Below are positions 8,721-18,870 of a stretch of DNA of 64,000 nt, piece by piece; position 1 is the first letter of the stretch, and each line of letters opens with the position of its first letter. Position numbers and translations under genes: made by a program. Origin of the DNA: Candidatus Altimarinota bacterium. Its GTDB lineage: Bacteria; Patescibacteriota; Gracilibacteria; UBA1369. The stretch covers positions 480,001-544,000 of the forward strand of contig OY782391.1 in assembly GCA_963677745.1 (NCBI GenBank). The letters are read 5' to 3'. A model generated the notes under the pieces. That model ran no database searches. It worked only from the letters and a program-made list of their open reading frames with translations, and had not been told where the DNA came from.

Positions 8721-11561
8721 ATGAAAGAGCAACACCATTACGCTTATCAAAACATTTTTGAGACCTTTGACAGCAGTGAGCACGGACTGGACTCCAACGA
8801 AGCCGATTTCCGGCAGAAAAAATACGGACCGAATCAGCTCACCGAAAAGAAAAAGAAACTCCTGATTTTGCGTTTTCTGGAAGAATACAAAGACCCCATG
8901 ACCCTGCTGCTTCTTTGTGCCACGGTCGTTGCTTTTTTTTCGGGTGACAATACCGATGCCATCCTGATATTGATAGTGCTCATACTTAACGGAGCTATCA
9001 GTTTTATTCAAAAATACAGGGCTGAAAAAGCCATCGAAGCCCTCAAGAAAATGGTTTCCCCACAAGCCAGGGTTTTTCGTAATCGACAGCAGATACTTAT
9101 TAATACGTCGGAAATCGTCCCGGGGGACGTAATTATAGTCAATGAAGGAGACAGTGTCCCGGCAGACGCCATTGTCTTTGCTTCCAATGAACTGCAGTGT
9201 TCGGAGGCAGTCCTCACCGGAGAATCTTTTCCGGTTACAAAAACTCCTTTTGATACGGTAGAAAAAGGCAATCTGACCACGGTTGAAAATATAATTTTCA
9301 CCGGTACGACCATCGTTCGTGGCAACGGCAAAGCGCTGGTTATCAAAACGGGAATGGAAACCGAATTCGGGAAAATTGCCAATTTAACACAGGAAACCGA
9401 GAAGGATGAAACCCCTCTGGAAAAAGAAATCCACAAGATTGGAATATTTGCCGCCCAGACCACCCTGATCATTATTTCTCTGATTTTCATCTTTGAACTG
9501 CTGGTTCATCAAAGAAGCATTCTCGACAATATTGTTTTTGCAACATCCATAGCCGTGGCAGCCGTACCGGAAGGGTTGCCGGCAGTCATCACTATTGCCC
9601 TGGCCTTGGGGGTACAGCGGCTATCCAGGAAAAAAGCCGTCATCAGACAGCTTTCCTCGGTGGAAACATTGGGAGCCACCACAGTGATTTGTACGGATAA
9701 GACCGGAACGCTCACTAAAAACGAAATGACCGTAACGGAAGCTTTAATTGATGATTTTTACTTAACTTTCCAGGGTACGGGATATGCTCCAAGCGGGAAA
9801 TTCACGGTTTTCACCTCCAAGGAAGAAAAACTTGAGCTTGATCACAGCAAATTGACACCGGAATTCACCAGACAACATCTGACCCTCACCAGTTCCCTGA
9901 AATGGTTCAGCCTCTGCGCCGAACTATGCAACAATTCCGACCTGGTTTTCAAAAATAATACCTACACAATTATTGGGGATCCAACCGAGGGCGGGTTGCT
10001 GGCTATGGCCAAAAAACTTTCCTCAAACCTGGATTCCGAGTTGAAAGAAAACCTGGAATTGCTGATGGAACTGCCTTTTGATTCGGAAAGAAAAATGATG
10101 ACCAAGATTTTTTTGGATAAAAAACACAATAAATATTTTTCTTTTACAAAAGGAGCTCCCGAACAAATCATCCAGGCGTCGGATCAGAGAATGCACGGTG
10201 GAAGAATGGCCATCCTGACCAAGAGCATCAAAGAAGAATTACTCCAGACCAACGACAAACTCAGCGATGAAGCGCTGCGTACCATCGGATTGGCCTACAA
10301 AGAAATTTCCCCCTACGAAATAAACGACATTATCACCCAAAAATCCTTTGAGGAAAAACAACACCTGGTGGAAAGGAAGTTAACCTTCCTGGGTTTGGCC
10401 GGGCTGTCCGACCCGCCGCGCGAAGAAGTCAAAGAAGCAGTGGAAATGACCAAGATTGCCGGCATCAAAAGCTATATCATCACCGGCGATAATGGCTTCA
10501 CCACTGCGGCTATCGCCAAAAAAATCGGTATGATTTCGGAAAAACAGCATTATGAAATCATTACCGGCGAACAGCTGGACAAGCTTTCAGACCAGGAATT
10601 AAAAGAAAAATTTAAGAACAAGTCGCTCAACATTGTTTTCTCCCGAACCCGCCCCGAACATAAACTGCGGCTGGTTTCCCTGCTCAAAGAAAACGGCGAG
10701 GTAGTGGCGGTCACCGGCGACGGCGTAAATGACGCACCCGCCTTGAAAAGGGCGGATATCGGCGTGGCAATGGGGATAACCGGATCGGACGTCTCCAAAC
10801 AAGCCTCCAACATGGTTCTAATGGATGACAGTTTCGGCACAATCGTCACTGCGATCAATGAAGGAAGAGTAATTTATGCCAATCTTAAAAAGTTCATTTA
10901 TTATATTTTTTCCTCCAATATCGGTGAGGTATTCACCATCTTTTTCAGTCTGATTATCGGTCTGGCAGCCCCTATTTCAGCCATCCTGATCCTGACTGTA
11001 AATCTTGTCACGGATCTCCTGCCGGCCCTGGCCCTGGGCGTGGAACCGGCGGAAAAAGACATTATGAAACAACCTCCCAGAAACCCGCATGACAAGATCA
11101 TGAACCGCAGTTTCATTAAAAGAATTTTGATCACCGGATCGCTGATTGGAACAATCATTCTGGCACTTTATGCCTACCGGCTGTTTCTCGGCGGATGGAC
11201 CTATGGCAGCCCGGTTCCCGATCAACTGCTGGAGGAAGCTTACAGCGTTACCTTCATTGCCATGGTAACGTTGCAGGTCACCAATTCATTCAATGCCAAA
11301 ACCAAAAACACCTCTATTTTCCGGATTAATCCGTTCAACAACTGGAAACTGATCTGGGCCAATCTTTCCTCCGTCCTGATAGCAGTGGCAATTATCGAAA
11401 TACCCTTTCTACAGACCATTTTTCACACCCGTTCATTAAGTTTGAATGAATGGCTGCTCATTTTGGCCGGATGCGCGGCTCTCACGGTCATCACCGAAAT
11501 TATCAAATTATTCAGCAGAAAAGATCTATCACCCCTGCAACCCGATGCTTCAAAAACTTAA
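8721..11561 (+). CDS. Cation-transporting P-type ATPase (type IIA, Ca2+-like)
   Basis: LTGES, VPEGL, DKTGTLT, KGAPE, DPPR, TGDGVNDAPALK, NLVTD. Confidence 0.95.
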   Translation: MKEQHHYAYQNIFETFDSSEHGLDSNEADFRQKKYGPNQLTEKKKKLLILRFLEEYKDPMTLLLLCATVVAFFSGDNTDAILILIVLILNGAISFIQKYRAEKAIEALKKMVSPQARVFRNRQQILINTSEIVPGDVIIVNEGDSVPADAIVFASNELQCSEAVLTGESFPVTKTPFDTVEKGNLTTVENIIFTGTTIVRGNGKALVIKTGMETEFGKIANLTQETEKDETPLEKEIHKIGIFAAQTTLIIISLIFIFELLVHQRSILDNIVFATSIAVAAVPEGLPAVITIALALGVQRLSRKKAVIRQLSSVETLGATTVICTDKTGTLTKNEMTVTEALIDDFYLTFQGTGYAPSGKFTVFTSKEEKLELDHSKLTPEFTRQHLTLTSSLKWFSLCAELCNNSDLVFKNNTYTIIGDPTEGGLLAMAKKLSSNLDSELKENLELLMELPFDSERKMMTKIFLDKKHNKYFSFTKGAPEQIIQASDQRMHGGRMAILTKSIKEELLQTNDKLSDEALRTIGLAYKEISPYEINDIITQKSFEEKQHLVERKLTFLGLAGLSDPPREEVKEAVEMTKIAGIKSYIITGDNGFTTAAIAKKIGMISEKQHYEIITGEQLDKLSDQELKEKFKNKSLNIVFSRTRPEHKLRLVSLLKENGEVVAVTGDGVNDAPALKRADIGVAMGITGSDVSKQASNMVLMDDSFGTIVTAINEGRVIYANLKKFIYYIFSSNIGEVFTIFFSLIIGLAAPISAILILTVNLVTDLLPALALGVEPAEKDIMKQPPRNPHDKIMNRSFIKRILITGSLIGTIILALYAYRLFLGGWTYGSPVPDQLLEEAYSVTFIAMVTLQVTNSFNAKTKNTSIFRINPFNNWKLIWANLSSVLIAVAIIEIPFLQTIFHTRSLSLNEWLLILAGCAALTVITEIIKLFSRKDLSPLQPDASKT

Positions 11562-11835
11562 AACCCTGCTGGCAACACGTGGCCGGTTCAGGCTGTCTGT
11601 CCATGTAACCCCCAAAAGCCGGCAAAATCAGCTTGGCCAGGTGGAAATCAGCTCGGATCATCAAATCAGTGTTAAAGTGAAAATTACCGGAGTGCCCGAA
11701 AAAGGACAGGTCAATGAAAATCTGCTCCGCTTTCTGTCCAAAAACCTTGATCTGCCCCAATCTTCGTTAAAGATCATTTCCGGTTTCACCAGCCGTCACA
11801 AAATCATAGAAATCTCCACCAATGCTCTACTATAA
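11545..11835 (+). CDS. DUF167/YggU family protein
   Basis: VHVTPKS...KITGVPEKGQVNENL...IISGFTSRHK; start moved to the in-frame ATG at 11545. Confidence 0.88.
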   Translation: MLQKLKTLLATRGRFRLSVHVTPKSRQNQLGQVEISSDHQISVKVKITGVPEKGQVNENLLRFLSKNLDLPQSSLKIISGFTSRHKIIEISTNALL

Positions 11836-12649
11836 CCTGGGAGAATTACAGGATCTGCTCCGGAAAACCGGACTTTACACCGAGAAAAAACTGGGACAGA
11901 ATTTCCTGTTCAATCCGCAGGTAATACAAAAAATCATCCAAACGGCGGATCTGCAGGCGGACGATCAGGTGATAGAAATCGGACCGGGACTGGGCATCCT
12001 GACCATGGAAATACTGCCCAAAGTCAAAAAGCTCATTTCCGTGGAAAAAGATCAAAAACTGATTCCCTACCTGCAGGATTTATTTCATAAATATCCGGAT
12101 TTCCTGCTGGTCCAACAGGACGTTCTTGACTACCCGCCTCCCGCGGGACCCTACAAAATCGTCGCCAACATACCTTATTACATCACCTCGCCGATTATTA
12201 ACCACTTTCTGCAGGTCGACCAGTCCCGCCGCCCTGACAGTCTGACTATACTCACCCAGCTGGAAGTGGCTCAGAAAATCTGTTCCAAACCCGGCGATCA
12301 TTCCGTGTTAAGTCTGCAAACACAGCTCTACACCGAGCCAAAAATCATTGACCGGATCAGCCCCTACAATTTTTATCCCACTCCCAAAGTCCAGTCAGCC
12401 ATTCTGCACCTAAAGACACTGCCGCGGCCGCGCCTGCAGCGCGACCGCGAATTTCTGGAAATAATCAAAAAAGCCTTCAGTCAAAAACGGAAAAATCTTT
12501 CCAACGCCCTCCAGGGATTCCATAATCTAAGCAAAGAAGACCTAAGCCTGCTACTGCAAAAAGCCGGACTGGAGCCGGGTGCCCGTGCGCAGCAACTGGA
12601 CTTCCAGGATTGGGACAGGCTGCTCGATCTGATTTTTGGCAGAGTCTGA
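11822..12649 (+). CDS. rsmA: 16S rRNA m6,2A dimethyltransferase
   Basis: KKLGQNFL, EIGPGLG, VANIPYYITSPI, FSQKRK. Confidence 0.97.
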   Translation: MLYYNLGELQDLLRKTGLYTEKKLGQNFLFNPQVIQKIIQTADLQADDQVIEIGPGLGILTMEILPKVKKLISVEKDQKLIPYLQDLFHKYPDFLLVQQDVLDYPPPAGPYKIVANIPYYITSPIINHFLQVDQSRRPDSLTILTQLEVAQKICSKPGDHSVLSLQTQLYTEPKIIDRISPYNFYPTPKVQSAILHLKTLPRPRLQRDREFLEIIKKAFSQKRKNLSNALQGFHNLSKEDLSLLLQKAGLEPGARAQQLDFQDWDRLLDLIFGRV

Positions 12650-12655
12650 TCCTCC

Positions 12656-15600
12656 CTAAAACTGGGATAACTGAATGGATTTTTTCAGACTGGCCAACTC
12701 CTGCAAATCTTCACTTCGCTCCGATTCGGAAAGACCGGACATCTTGTTAACAACCGACTTCAGATCCGTCCTGACCTGGTTTTTATATTTTTCCAGCTGA
12801 GCCTGTTCCCGGTCAAAAAGCTCTTTCACCTGATCAACATCCTGACAAAGGTTCCCCTGCTGTAATTTCTCGGCAAGCCCGATTCTTCTCCACAAAGCCC
12901 CTTCCAGGGACTGCTCCAGATCAACGCCGTATAAAAACTTGCCGTGTTGCTGTTCCAATTCCTTTATTTCAGCCTCACGGAAATAATATTCATATTTGGA
13001 TCTCCAGATAAAAAAGTTTTTCAACACCTCCAGGGAAGACTGCCAGGCCAAGTCACGGTCTTCAAACAAAGTACGGACAATCTTCTTCCCTTCCATTCGC
13101 ATTCCGACATATACGAATAAATTCACCTGCCCGTCCTTTTTAAACAAACTGGCACCCACCTCTTTCCGCGACAACAGATCGGGCAAATAATGCCAGATTT
13201 CTTCAAACTTGATATTGCGGACCTCTTCCTCCCGCCTTAACTTCTTTAAATTCTTGCGTAAATGCCACCTGTCCACCTCTGTCTTAATCTCTTCCAGGCT
13301 TTTCCCTTCAGCCATACTGATGGTCCCCGGCCCGGAATTTACCACAAAATACGGATCAAGTTTTTCATATGATTTCAGATTGGCAGCGACCACCTGATCG
13401 TCCAGCCCCAACAAATCTTCAACCGACAGAACCACCACCGGCCCGCTGGGAAAACGATGATCGTCATAATGATAATCCACTTTATACTTTTTACCGGCCA
13501 GATAGATTTCCTCGGGAAACAATTTCCGGATTTTTTCGCGATCCCCGGCTGAAACGACTTCTTCCCAATTGATTTTCAAATAATCCCGCCCCCGTTCCGA
13601 CAACAGATTATCCAGAGCCTCCAGGGAAGTGACCGGCCGGCCGGCTTTATTGATTTTTTCCCAATACCAATCGCCTAAAACCTTGGTGGTAAAAACCCAT
13701 TCTTCCCGCGACAGCTTGGCGGCGTATACTTTAAGTTTGGCGATTGTCCGGTCGTTTTCTTCAATCCAGCTGTATTTCCAGGCCAGCTGTTTCTTAACCA
13801 GTCCCTCCGCTATCAGATAATCCTGGGCCTGCTCCTTATTTTCCTGGGCCAGCTCAACTATACGATCTTTGACTATCCGGTTCCCCCGAAACAGCACCTC
13901 TTCCTCCTGTACCGCCTTGCCGGTTTTTCTGTCAAACCAGACCGGTCCCCTCCTGTATTTACAAAGTTGCGGGGCTATTTCTTCCAGCCAGCGCGGATCA
14001 ATGACTGTATTGTTACGGGCAAACAAACGGGTTGTTTCGACAATTTCCGCCGACACGAAATAATGCGGTGAAATCGTAAACAAAGCCGATCCCGGGTGAA
14101 TAAAAACATTTTCGGTGCTGCGCATCCGATAGGTCTGTTTGCCTGTGGATTCGCAAAGATTTTGAATAAAACCGGAAGAAATTGATTTTAGAATCCCCTC
14201 TTTATTGGAAAGATCGACCGACAAATCGGACTGTTCAGGTTTGACCAGATAGCGGGAAAATTCGTCCTTGGCAAAAATATTCAGGGTGTCCAGCAACTGC
14301 CGGTAAATCTGGGCAATTTCCTTGAATACCAGATAATTCAGATAATTGGACTGGCAAAACAATTCACGTTCCTCTTCAGTCTTGATGATTTGCAGGCGGT
14401 TCCAGATCACCAGAAAAACCATTAAATCCGAAACCATCTCCAAACCGGTAAAAGACCTGTCAATCACCCTTTTGGTAAAGACCCTCCTCCCCCGGCGCAA
14501 ACGAAGTGTCTTGTATCTGGGCCCGCCGTTTTGTGCCATCCTCTGGAAATTCCTCTTGGCCCGGTCAGCCTCATCCTCCTCGCCAATCGGCCGCAAGAAA
14601 GGATCTTTCACGGAAAGTGATGAAGCAATGATGGCAACTTCATTTACGCAATGATATCGCTCGGCTGCCAGTAACATTGCTGAAATCCTCGGTTCCAACG
14701 GGAGATGGGCCATCTTCACGCCCAGTTCGGTCAGATTCTGCCGCTCATCCAAAGCCCCCAGTTCGATCAGATTGGCAATGGCATTGCGGAAAGCTTTGGG
14801 CTCGGGAGCATCGATAAAACTGAAACCCGTCAGATCATTTATTCCAATCAACAGCATATGCAAAACCACCGAAGACAGATCCGACCTCTGTATTTCCGGC
14901 TTGGTATATTTTTCCCTGTTTTCAAAATCCCTCTTGGAATACAAACGCAGACAAGTCCCTGCCTGAACGCGGCCGGCTCTGCCGGCCCGCTGAATAGCCG
15001 AGGCTTGGGAGATCGGCACAACCTCCAGACTGCCGATGCCCGTCCGAAAATTAAAATCGGTCATCCTGGCCAGACCGCAGTCAATTACGTATTTTATTTT
15101 GGGCACCGTCAGGGATGTCTCCGCGATATTGGTGGCCACCACGATCTTCATTTTTCCGGGATACTCATTATAGATCAGTTCCTGCTCGTCCATGGAAAGC
15201 CGGGAATAAAGAGGCAGACAAATTACATTGCCTTTCCCCAGTAATTCAATTTCCCGGATAGTATGAAAAATCTCCGCTTCACCGGGCAAAAAAGCCAGCA
15301 CATCCCCGCGCTCCGGTCCCTCGGCAATTTTCCGGATCAACTGGGCAATTTTTATATATACATCATCATCAAACTTGACCGGTTCATAAATTACGTCAAC
15401 CGGATAGAGACGTCCCGACACGTTGACTATGGGAATGGGCCGGGGATTGCCCATTTTATCCGAATTCAAACCGGCAAAAAAACCGGCAAACTTGGAAGCA
15501 TCAAAAGTGGCCGACGTCACCAGAATCTTCAATTCCGGCAAACCACCTGCCTTCCTCTTAATCTGAATATCGTTCAGTAATCCGATCAGAAAATCTATGT

Positions 15601-16033
15601 TTAAATTACGCTCATGAGCCTCGTCCACCAGAATGGCATCGTATCGGGCCAGCAAACCATCACCTTTCATCTCCTGCAGCAAAATACCATCCGTACAAAT
15701 TCGGATCAGGGTGCCGGCGGTCGTTTCATCATCAAAACGTATTTTATAACCAACTTCTTTTCCCAGTTCCACCTCCATTTCATGGGCAATCCACGAAGCT
15801 ATCGATACCGCCGCCAACCTCCGGGGCTGGGTGCAGGCAATTTTAAACTGTCCCAGGGTCGGATCTGTTTTTGCCACATTGGACAATGCCTCCAGTATCA
15901 TTTTGGGGATCTGGGTAGACTTTCCTGAACCTGTTTCACCTACCACAATCACTACCTGATTTTCCTCGATCGCCTTTACAATCTCCCCCCTGTGTGCCGT
16001 AATAGGCAGAATCTCCGGATAATTTAAACGCAT
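12656..16033 (-). CDS. hrpA: ATP-dependent DEAH-box RNA helicase, HrpA-like, with divergent C-terminus
   Basis: GETGSGKSTQ, TQPRRLAA, DEAHER, TSAT, ATNIAETSLT, QRAGRAGR, IHPGS. Confidence 0.88.
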   Translation of the reverse strand: MRLNYPEILPITAHRGEIVKAIEENQVVIVVGETGSGKSTQIPKMILEALSNVAKTDPTLGQFKIACTQPRRLAAVSIASWIAHEMEVELGKEVGYKIRFDDETTAGTLIRICTDGILLQEMKGDGLLARYDAILVDEAHERNLNIDFLIGLLNDIQIKRKAGGLPELKILVTSATFDASKFAGFFAGLNSDKMGNPRPIPIVNVSGRLYPVDVIYEPVKFDDDVYIKIAQLIRKIAEGPERGDVLAFLPGEAEIFHTIREIELLGKGNVICLPLYSRLSMDEQELIYNEYPGKMKIVVATNIAETSLTVPKIKYVIDCGLARMTDFNFRTGIGSLEVVPISQASAIQRAGRAGRVQAGTCLRLYSKRDFENREKYTKPEIQRSDLSSVVLHMLLIGINDLTGFSFIDAPEPKAFRNAIANLIELGALDERQNLTELGVKMAHLPLEPRISAMLLAAERYHCVNEVAIIASSLSVKDPFLRPIGEEDEADRAKRNFQRMAQNGGPRYKTLRLRRGRRVFTKRVIDRSFTGLEMVSDLMVFLVIWNRLQIIKTEEERELFCQSNYLNYLVFKEIAQIYRQLLDTLNIFAKDEFSRYLVKPEQSDLSVDLSNKEGILKSISSGFIQNLCESTGKQTYRMRSTENVFIHPGSALFTISPHYFVSAEIVETTRLFARNNTVIDPRWLEEIAPQLCKYRRGPVWFDRKTGKAVQEEEVLFRGNRIVKDRIVELAQENKEQAQDYLIAEGLVKKQLAWKYSWIEENDRTIAKLKVYAAKLSREEWVFTTKVLGDWYWEKINKAGRPVTSLEALDNLLSERGRDYLKINWEEVVSAGDREKIRKLFPEEIYLAGKKYKVDYHYDDHRFPSGPVVVLSVEDLLGLDDQVVAANLKSYEKLDPYFVVNSGPGTISMAEGKSLEEIKTEVDRWHLRKNLKKLRREEEVRNIKFEEIWHYLPDLLSRKEVGASLFKKDGQVNLFVYVGMRMEGKKIVRTLFEDRDLAWQSSLEVLKNFFIWRSKYEYYFREAEIKELEQQHGKFLYGVDLEQSLEGALWRRIGLAEKLQQGNLCQDVDQVKELFDREQAQLEKYKNQVRTDLKSVVNKMSGLSESERSEDLQELASLKKSIQLSQF

Positions 16034-16104
16034 CAATTTGTCTTATCAACTAAAAGTATTTTATATTAGTAGAAACAAATTCACCAGAAATAAGAAAACA
16101 TCCC

Positions 16105-17352
16105 ATGAAAGAAGATCTTAAAAATTTCCTGGAAGAACAAAAGTGGTTCCTCTACAAAAATTACCGGGATTATTTACCCGAGCTCGAGAATCAGGTCAGC
16201 TCCGGTCTGGGCAAACACAATATCAATCAAATCCATTTTCCCCATCAATGGTCGGCCGGCCGCAAACCGGTTCCGCAAAATTTTCTGGTAATGGATCTGG
16301 GCGGCATGTATCTGCGGCTCTACCTCTGCCAAATCAATGCGAAAGGCAAACTGACCGTTTCAGATCAATATAAAAAACCCTTTTACGAAGATAAGATCTA
16401 TACGCCCGAAATATTCTTTGCCGATTTAAAAAGACATCTGGACCTGTTTTCACATGACCTGACTTCCCTTCCCCGGACACTGATTTTTTCATTTGGTAAC
16501 GCCCTCCATCCCCATTTCCGCAAAAACGGGGTACTGGATGGCAAAATCCTCTATTGGGGGAAAAATCATCAACAAAGGGGAATGATTGAACTGGAGTTGG
16601 GACAGGAACTGGAAAAATTTCTTGGACAACGGGGCTATCCGGGACAGACCGTTTATGTCATTAACGACAGTTCCCTGGCTCTGCTCTCCACCGCTTTCGC
16701 CGCAAAACCTTTGCCAATCATCAACCTGGTTGCCGGAAGCGGCACCAATATCAGCGTCGGTTATGACACCGTACATGGTTTTAAGCTGTTCAATCTGGAA
16801 TTTGGTAACTTCGATTTCTTTCCATACTGCAGCCTCGACGACCGGCTAAATCACAAAAGCCGCATACCCAACAAATTCAGAACCGAAAAACTCTTTGCCG
16901 GAGCCTGGCAACACCATCTCTTTCGCATAGTTCTGGAAAAAGCCGTCATCAACGGGGTTATTCCCGACCAAAAAGCTTTCGCCCAATTCGAGACCATGTC
17001 CGCCGGTCAACTGGAAGAATTTTTCCACCAGAAGAAAACCATCAGCCATTTCCCGGAGTTACGGGACCTCTGGACGGCAATTACTGAAAGAGGGGCTTTT
17101 GTTTGCGCACAGGCCGTCTACAGCATCATCGTCAATCTTAAAAACAATCATCTGGCCAAAGAAAAGGTGATTGTCTCGGAAATCGGAGCAATGCTTGAAC
17201 ATAGTGTATTTTTCCGCAAAACTTTCGAAAAAGAGCTCAAAAATCTGGTTTGCCAAACAGCCAATCTGGAAGGAGTCAGGATAAAGACCACCCTGATTGA
17301 CAAAACCATCTGTCCGGGTGCCCAAAAACTGCTTGAACTTTGCGGGAAATAA
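16105..17352 (+). CDS. Hexokinase-family protein (eukaryote-type fold)
   Basis: MDLGGMYLR, YWGK, VINDS, AGSGTN, NLEFGNF and EKLFAG resemble the hexokinase motifs DLGGTNFR, WTK, NDT, GTGTN, NxEWG, EKMISG. Confidence 0.78.
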   Translation: MKEDLKNFLEEQKWFLYKNYRDYLPELENQVSSGLGKHNINQIHFPHQWSAGRKPVPQNFLVMDLGGMYLRLYLCQINAKGKLTVSDQYKKPFYEDKIYTPEIFFADLKRHLDLFSHDLTSLPRTLIFSFGNALHPHFRKNGVLDGKILYWGKNHQQRGMIELELGQELEKFLGQRGYPGQTVYVINDSSLALLSTAFAAKPLPIINLVAGSGTNISVGYDTVHGFKLFNLEFGNFDFFPYCSLDDRLNHKSRIPNKFRTEKLFAGAWQHHLFRIVLEKAVINGVIPDQKAFAQFETMSAGQLEEFFHQKKTISHFPELRDLWTAITERGAFVCAQAVYSIIVNLKNNHLAKEKVIVSEIGAMLEHSVFFRKTFEKELKNLVCQTANLEGVRIKTTLIDKTICPGAQKLLELCGK

Positions 17353-17460
17353 ATAAGACTGTCTTCACTTCCAGAACGCCCTGCCAACATGGTAAAACGG
17401 GGGTTTTTGTGTTATAATATGGCGATCTAAACATATCTGGAGCAGATCTCCAAAAATCAC

Positions 17461-18771
17461 ATGGGTTTCGAAGGCAGACCAACCGGGTTTATCAGCGAAA
17501 ACAAAGGCTCAGCGCCCAAAGACACAACTGCGCCCGAAGGTCGGGAAAAAAAGGAGACCGGTTCTGCTCTGGAAGAACTGATTAAACAAGCCAACACACT
17601 GGGAAGAGAAGGCCGTGACGCGGCACTAAAAACACTCAGTGAGCAGCTGGCCGGCTGCAAAGACCAGCTTGATCCGGCCATCCGGGAAAAAATTTTTAAC
17701 CCCGACGGAAGCCCCAATCTTTCACGAGCCTGCGGGCAACTGGGTTACGGCCCAAGGTTCAACAATCATCTGACCACGGACGGCAGGGTAAAACCAATCG
17801 AAGAAGTCCCCAAAGAAAAAGACGAGGAAGAAACTTCCGGTCAAAAAGACCTTCCCGACCGTCCCCGCAACGCACCGACCGGTACACAGCTGTTTGAATC
17901 CTGGGGCTTAAACAGGGATGTTAACAGCTTCCCCGACGAACTGGCGGACAAGATCATTGCCGAGATCGAAAAAGGTAATGTGCCCGATTCTGTACGCAAC
18001 ATGAGTACCATTTCCATGCGTGGAACAAATGGAGTGAAAATATCCTTCCGGACCTCCAACGGTTACCTGGCCGTGGGCTCCAATGAAGATAATATTCGAG
18101 TTCCCCTTTCCGGCCCCATGGCCAAAAGGATTGCCGATCATTTCGGATGGGCACTTCCCACCGCCGATATGGCCATGGAAACAGACAGAAAAGCTAACCT
18201 TCAACTGGTGGTCGGTGGAGAACAGGACATCAGTCGTATGGCGGACCTGGAATGGTCGGTTAGACATAATAAAAAAGCCAAACAGAAACTGGATAAATAT
18301 CTCTCGGACTATAACGAAAAAGCCAGACAAGAAAACCGTCCCACCATCACCGCGGCCGATCTGTCCAAAATGCTGATCAGAGGAGAGAAAAAGAACATCT
18401 TTATCGGCCGCGGAGCCACTAAAAACAACGGAGGCGTGGGAATAGGCGGACTTCTGGACGGCAGGGGTAATCCCATTCAGCCATATCAATACCCTCATGC
18501 CGGGGAGATTGACATAAACAAAAGGTCTGGAGGGCATTGTGATTATTCTCAGGATATTGCCCGCATTGACCAGACGATTGAAATTGCCGAAACCGACGGC
18601 ACCGTTAAAAGAATGCGTCTCTATGATGCCCTCAGAAACCCCCGTTATGCAGCCGTTTTGAATGCTTCGGATTATGACGCCAACAACAATCACACCTTTG
18701 ACGCCGACCTTGCCTATACCAGCCCCGAGGAAAAAGCGAGAATCCTGGAGCAAAGAAAACGCCGGAACTGA
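17461..18771 (+). CDS. Hypothetical protein: charged N-terminal region plus a conserved uncharacterised domain
   Basis: 436-aa ORF with extended -10 (TGTTATAAT, 17410-17418); GNVPD, YLAVGS..D.IRVP, LPT, PIQP, DYS motifs recalled from a widespread hypothetical family. Confidence 0.7.
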   Translation: MGFEGRPTGFISENKGSAPKDTTAPEGREKKETGSALEELIKQANTLGREGRDAALKTLSEQLAGCKDQLDPAIREKIFNPDGSPNLSRACGQLGYGPRFNNHLTTDGRVKPIEEVPKEKDEEETSGQKDLPDRPRNAPTGTQLFESWGLNRDVNSFPDELADKIIAEIEKGNVPDSVRNMSTISMRGTNGVKISFRTSNGYLAVGSNEDNIRVPLSGPMAKRIADHFGWALPTADMAMETDRKANLQLVVGGEQDISRMADLEWSVRHNKKAKQKLDKYLSDYNEKARQENRPTITAADLSKMLIRGEKKNIFIGRGATKNNGGVGIGGLLDGRGNPIQPYQYPHAGEIDINKRSGGHCDYSQDIARIDQTIEIAETDGTVKRMRLYDALRNPRYAAVLNASDYDANNNHTFDADLAYTSPEEKARILEQRKRRN

Positions 18772-18870
18772 TTTTTTAAGACAATCCAAAATCGTCCTTC
18801 CCAAGGTTAATTTGCCCCTTTGGACTATTTGATCTAAAATCTTAGCCAGTCCATTTATTAACTTTTCATT

